A DNA stretch of 64,000 nt, from assembly GCA_051362555.1 (NCBI GenBank), contig CM120644.1:13786567-13850566 (forward strand), written 5' to 3'. The DNA is from Lingula anatina. Its lineage: Eukaryota > Animalia > Brachiopoda. The notes below the pieces were generated by a model. It saw only the letters and a list, made by a program, of their open reading frames with translations, was not told where the DNA came from and ran no database searches. Made by a program: the position numbers and the translations under genes. Positions 61,073 through 64,000 of the stretch are shown here, piece by piece (position 1 is the first letter of the stretch; each line of letters starts with the position of its first letter).

Positions 61073-64000
61073 ATGAAGATTTCAGACTTGACTCATGCTT
61101 TAATTAGGGCATCAGAAAAAGGAGCAAGAATTGCCAGGGCCATTAGAGCTGAGGAAGAGCTCTTCTCTTTACTCATTGAAGAAAAACCAGAGATTATAGA
61201 ACACAATAAAGTTAAACAAGATTTTAAAACTTTAGCAGATGTTCTTATACAGGAGACTATTAAGCATGACCTTGCGAAACAGGTAAAATAAATAAATAAA
61301 GAGCAGGCAGATTACCCATATTTTAACACATCAAAATGAGTCACAAGAAGTTTATTTTGACTGATTAATTCAGGAAGGTCAAGTGCATACCTACACCCAC
61401 TGTCTCAAAAATATTTATAAATAAATAACTTGAAACAAAAAAAGTGAAAAATTTGTCTTTTTTATTTGATAGAGAATATCCTTGTCTCTTTCAGTTTCCA
61501 GGCCTTGAGAAATTTGTTTATGGAGAAGAAGAGAGTGAGTTCACCAACACTAATGGAGAGACAATTCATGTCAGAGTTTGTGACACAGAAGAAGAAACAT
61601 GCAGTCTGCTAGGTATATCTTAGTATACATACACGTGTAGTCATTTTCAATTCTTGAAGAGCTTCTTTCCTGATACCAAAACTGCCATGTGTTTTTCTCT
61701 GAAAATGGGACAGGTGATACAAACTGTTGATTGATTGTTAAAAGTTCTTTATAGAGAGCCGTAGCCAGGGGGGTTCGGTGGTTCGAAGGAACTGTCCTTT
61801 TTGCTGGAAAAGGTCCACTCTGGGTAAAATTTGATCTAGGTACATCAAGATTTTATGATAAAAGGTCCACTTTTTCAGAAAAGGAAACCCTCATTTGAAA
61901 TTGCTGACTACGGGCCTGTTTTATTATATTTTGATTCAACTTCATTTTACAATATTAATTACTATCTTTTATAAACTAATGGTGTGATGACAAAGCCACA
62001 ACAAATGCTCATTTTCATGCCTTTGACCTAAGCATTTTCACTCCAAACACAACTGTTCTTTCTGTTTCAGCCAAAGTATTAGAAGGGAACACCAAAGCCC
62101 CTCAACTCCTTGCCAAAGTTGTCCATGAAGATGTTACGCTGCCTGATATTGAGAAGATATCTGCTGTCACGGAGCGGCTCTCCTTGGACTCTGTAGGAAT
62201 TTGGATAGATCCCATAGGTAAGTAAGTCTACTATTCCAGAAGTAATAGTTTCTCTGTAAACAATACCTTACATCATTTAAAAAGCTGACAGTTTTTTCCC
62301 CACAACCTTTGAAATATTGATATGTTATATCTTTAAGAAAAAAATCTGAATTATTTTCCCCACAGTATTTTTATTCACCTTAAAGGGATAATAACTCTTC
62401 GTGTGAGATCTATATTTCACAATAAAAACATTGTGAACAACTCATACAAATATAATATATTCTGTTTTACCAAAAAACGGCAGTTCTAGCTATTTTTTCT
62501 GATATCTGAGCTTGTCTTTAGACCACGTTACCTCCATTGATGGCTATACTCTGTTATAATCTCTTAAGAGATTTAACAAAAAACCAAACTTTTTAGAAAA
62601 AAACCAGGGACTAACTTTGAATGTAAAAATGGAATCATTAACCATTGGTTAGTATGGGAAAATTGTTGTTTACTCCAGGAAAATTCATTTTTTGGCCGAA
62701 ACGAAGAGTTATTATCCCTTTAAGTCCATTTCTTCTTGAACAAATTTAGAATGAATATGCCTTAAGTGCATCCATTTATTTGCTGTCATATGCATGAATC
62801 TTTAAAAGAGTGTACAGCAAAGATATGCTACCTTATATTTTCACTTGATTTGGACAAAATATTTTTAACCTAAATTTTTAAATCCAAAATGGACATTGTT
62901 TACTTCTAAGCTGTTTGATGGATAGGAAAAATGAATTCTTGATACTGTAGATAAGCATGTAAATATATGTACTTTTAAAAATTCATTTGTCTGTCCATGA
63001 AATGTTATTATTTCTATAATTTTAGATGCCACAGCTCAATACATAGCTGGTATAGAAGATGAATGCCCAGTTCAAGGTCTATATTCGAATGGTTTGCAGT
63101 GTGTCACAGTGCTCATAGGAGTATACGACAGAGAATCTGGAATCCCCATTATTGGTGTTATGAACCAGGCTTTTTCAACACGGGATACCAGTACTAAGAG
63201 GTATGAGGAGTTCTTCAAGATGACTGTTAACACAAACACACACACACACACACACACACACATTCTTTTGTTTGTTTGTTTGTTTGTTTGTACATGTATA
63301 ATATTTTTATGTCTTATTTTTAGATTTTGTTGCTTGGTTTTATTTCCTAAAATCAGTGCTGCTTGTACTGTATGTCTTAAACTCTTCTTAAAAGTTTTTC
63401 ATTACATTTTATGCGTCAAAGTATCTTTATGGAAAAGGTCTTCAAATAAATATATACTATTTAGAATTGATAATTCTAATCACTGCTACAAGTTAAATTA
63501 TTTTATAGTTGTTTTTCAGTTTGACTGTTAATATTTAATTTTAGGACATTGTTTGTGCAATTTGTGGAATTAATTGATCAGTGCCACATTTTCTGAATAA
63601 GTGTTATAGGTATTTTACTTGGCATAGGATATTTAGGTAAATAGTTATAGAAATAATAATCTATATCTGAAAGTGAAAAAGGTCATAACACTTGTCTTAA
63701 TTAATTTATGTTATAATTTTTCATTTAGATGGCAGAGCAGATTTATTTGGGGCATCTCTTACAAGTCTATCAATATCAACTCCCTTGAAACCTTTGAAAC
63801 AGATTCAGCATCACATCTGGCAGAGCAGTCGGGTGACTTGGATGAGACAAGTTCAGCGCAATCAAAAAAGGTGAAGATGTCACACCTAGCACAGTCAAAC
63901 GCAAGTCAGGAAGAACCAGATACCCGGGCAAAAATTATCAGCAGCCCAGGTGAAAATCCAGAGATTTTATCCAAATTTTCTGCAAAATTTCAAGTAGTTC
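61073..64000 (+). CDS. INPP1: Inositol polyphosphate 1-phosphatase (continues beyond the window)
   Basis: Exons 61073-61282, 61495-61612, 62071-62217, 63026-63200, 63729->64000. Motifs SEKGARIARAIR, DFKTLADVLIQE, FPGLEKFVYGEE, GIWIDPIDATAQY, GLQCVTVLIGVYDR..G.PIIGVMNQAF. Confidence 0.93.
62384..62719. mobile_element. Kolobok-like MITE (336 bp) in an INPP1 intron
   Basis: TTAA|AGGGATAATAACTCTTCGT ... ACGAAGAGTTATTATCCCT|TTAA, perfect 19-bp TIR. Confidence 0.85.

Overview
AT-rich, intron-rich animal genomic DNA, most likely a mollusc or other lophotrochozoan (inferred from a Pif/LamG3-like chitin-binding gene). Most entries in the ORF track are spurious, so genes were rebuilt by hand from splice sites and reading phase. 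Eight spliced genes were found: (1) a secreted ChtBD2 + LamG-like Pif-type gene (-, truncated at the window start); (2) an unrecognised 141-aa four-exon gene that needs a GC-AG intron (+); (3) a CD-MPR/ATG27-like MRH-domain membrane protein (+); (4) a seven-exon GH32 enzyme resembling bacterial levanase, with a signal peptide and C-terminal membrane anchor (-), the best novelty candidate (a probable old horizontal transfer); (5) WDR24 (-); (6) MPLKIP/TTDN1 (+), head-to-head with WDR24; (7) CDK12/13 (-), tail-to-tail with MPLKIP as in human; (8) INPP1 (+, truncated at the window end). Non-coding DNA is dense in non-autonomous DNA transposons: CAG-ended elements with 5-bp TSDs, TTAA Kolobok-like elements, CCC-ended EnSpm-like elements with CCTATAGG arrays, and Harbinger-like and TA-TSD MITEs. 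No rRNA, tRNA or CRISPR array was seen. Family assignments come from recalled motifs, not database searches.
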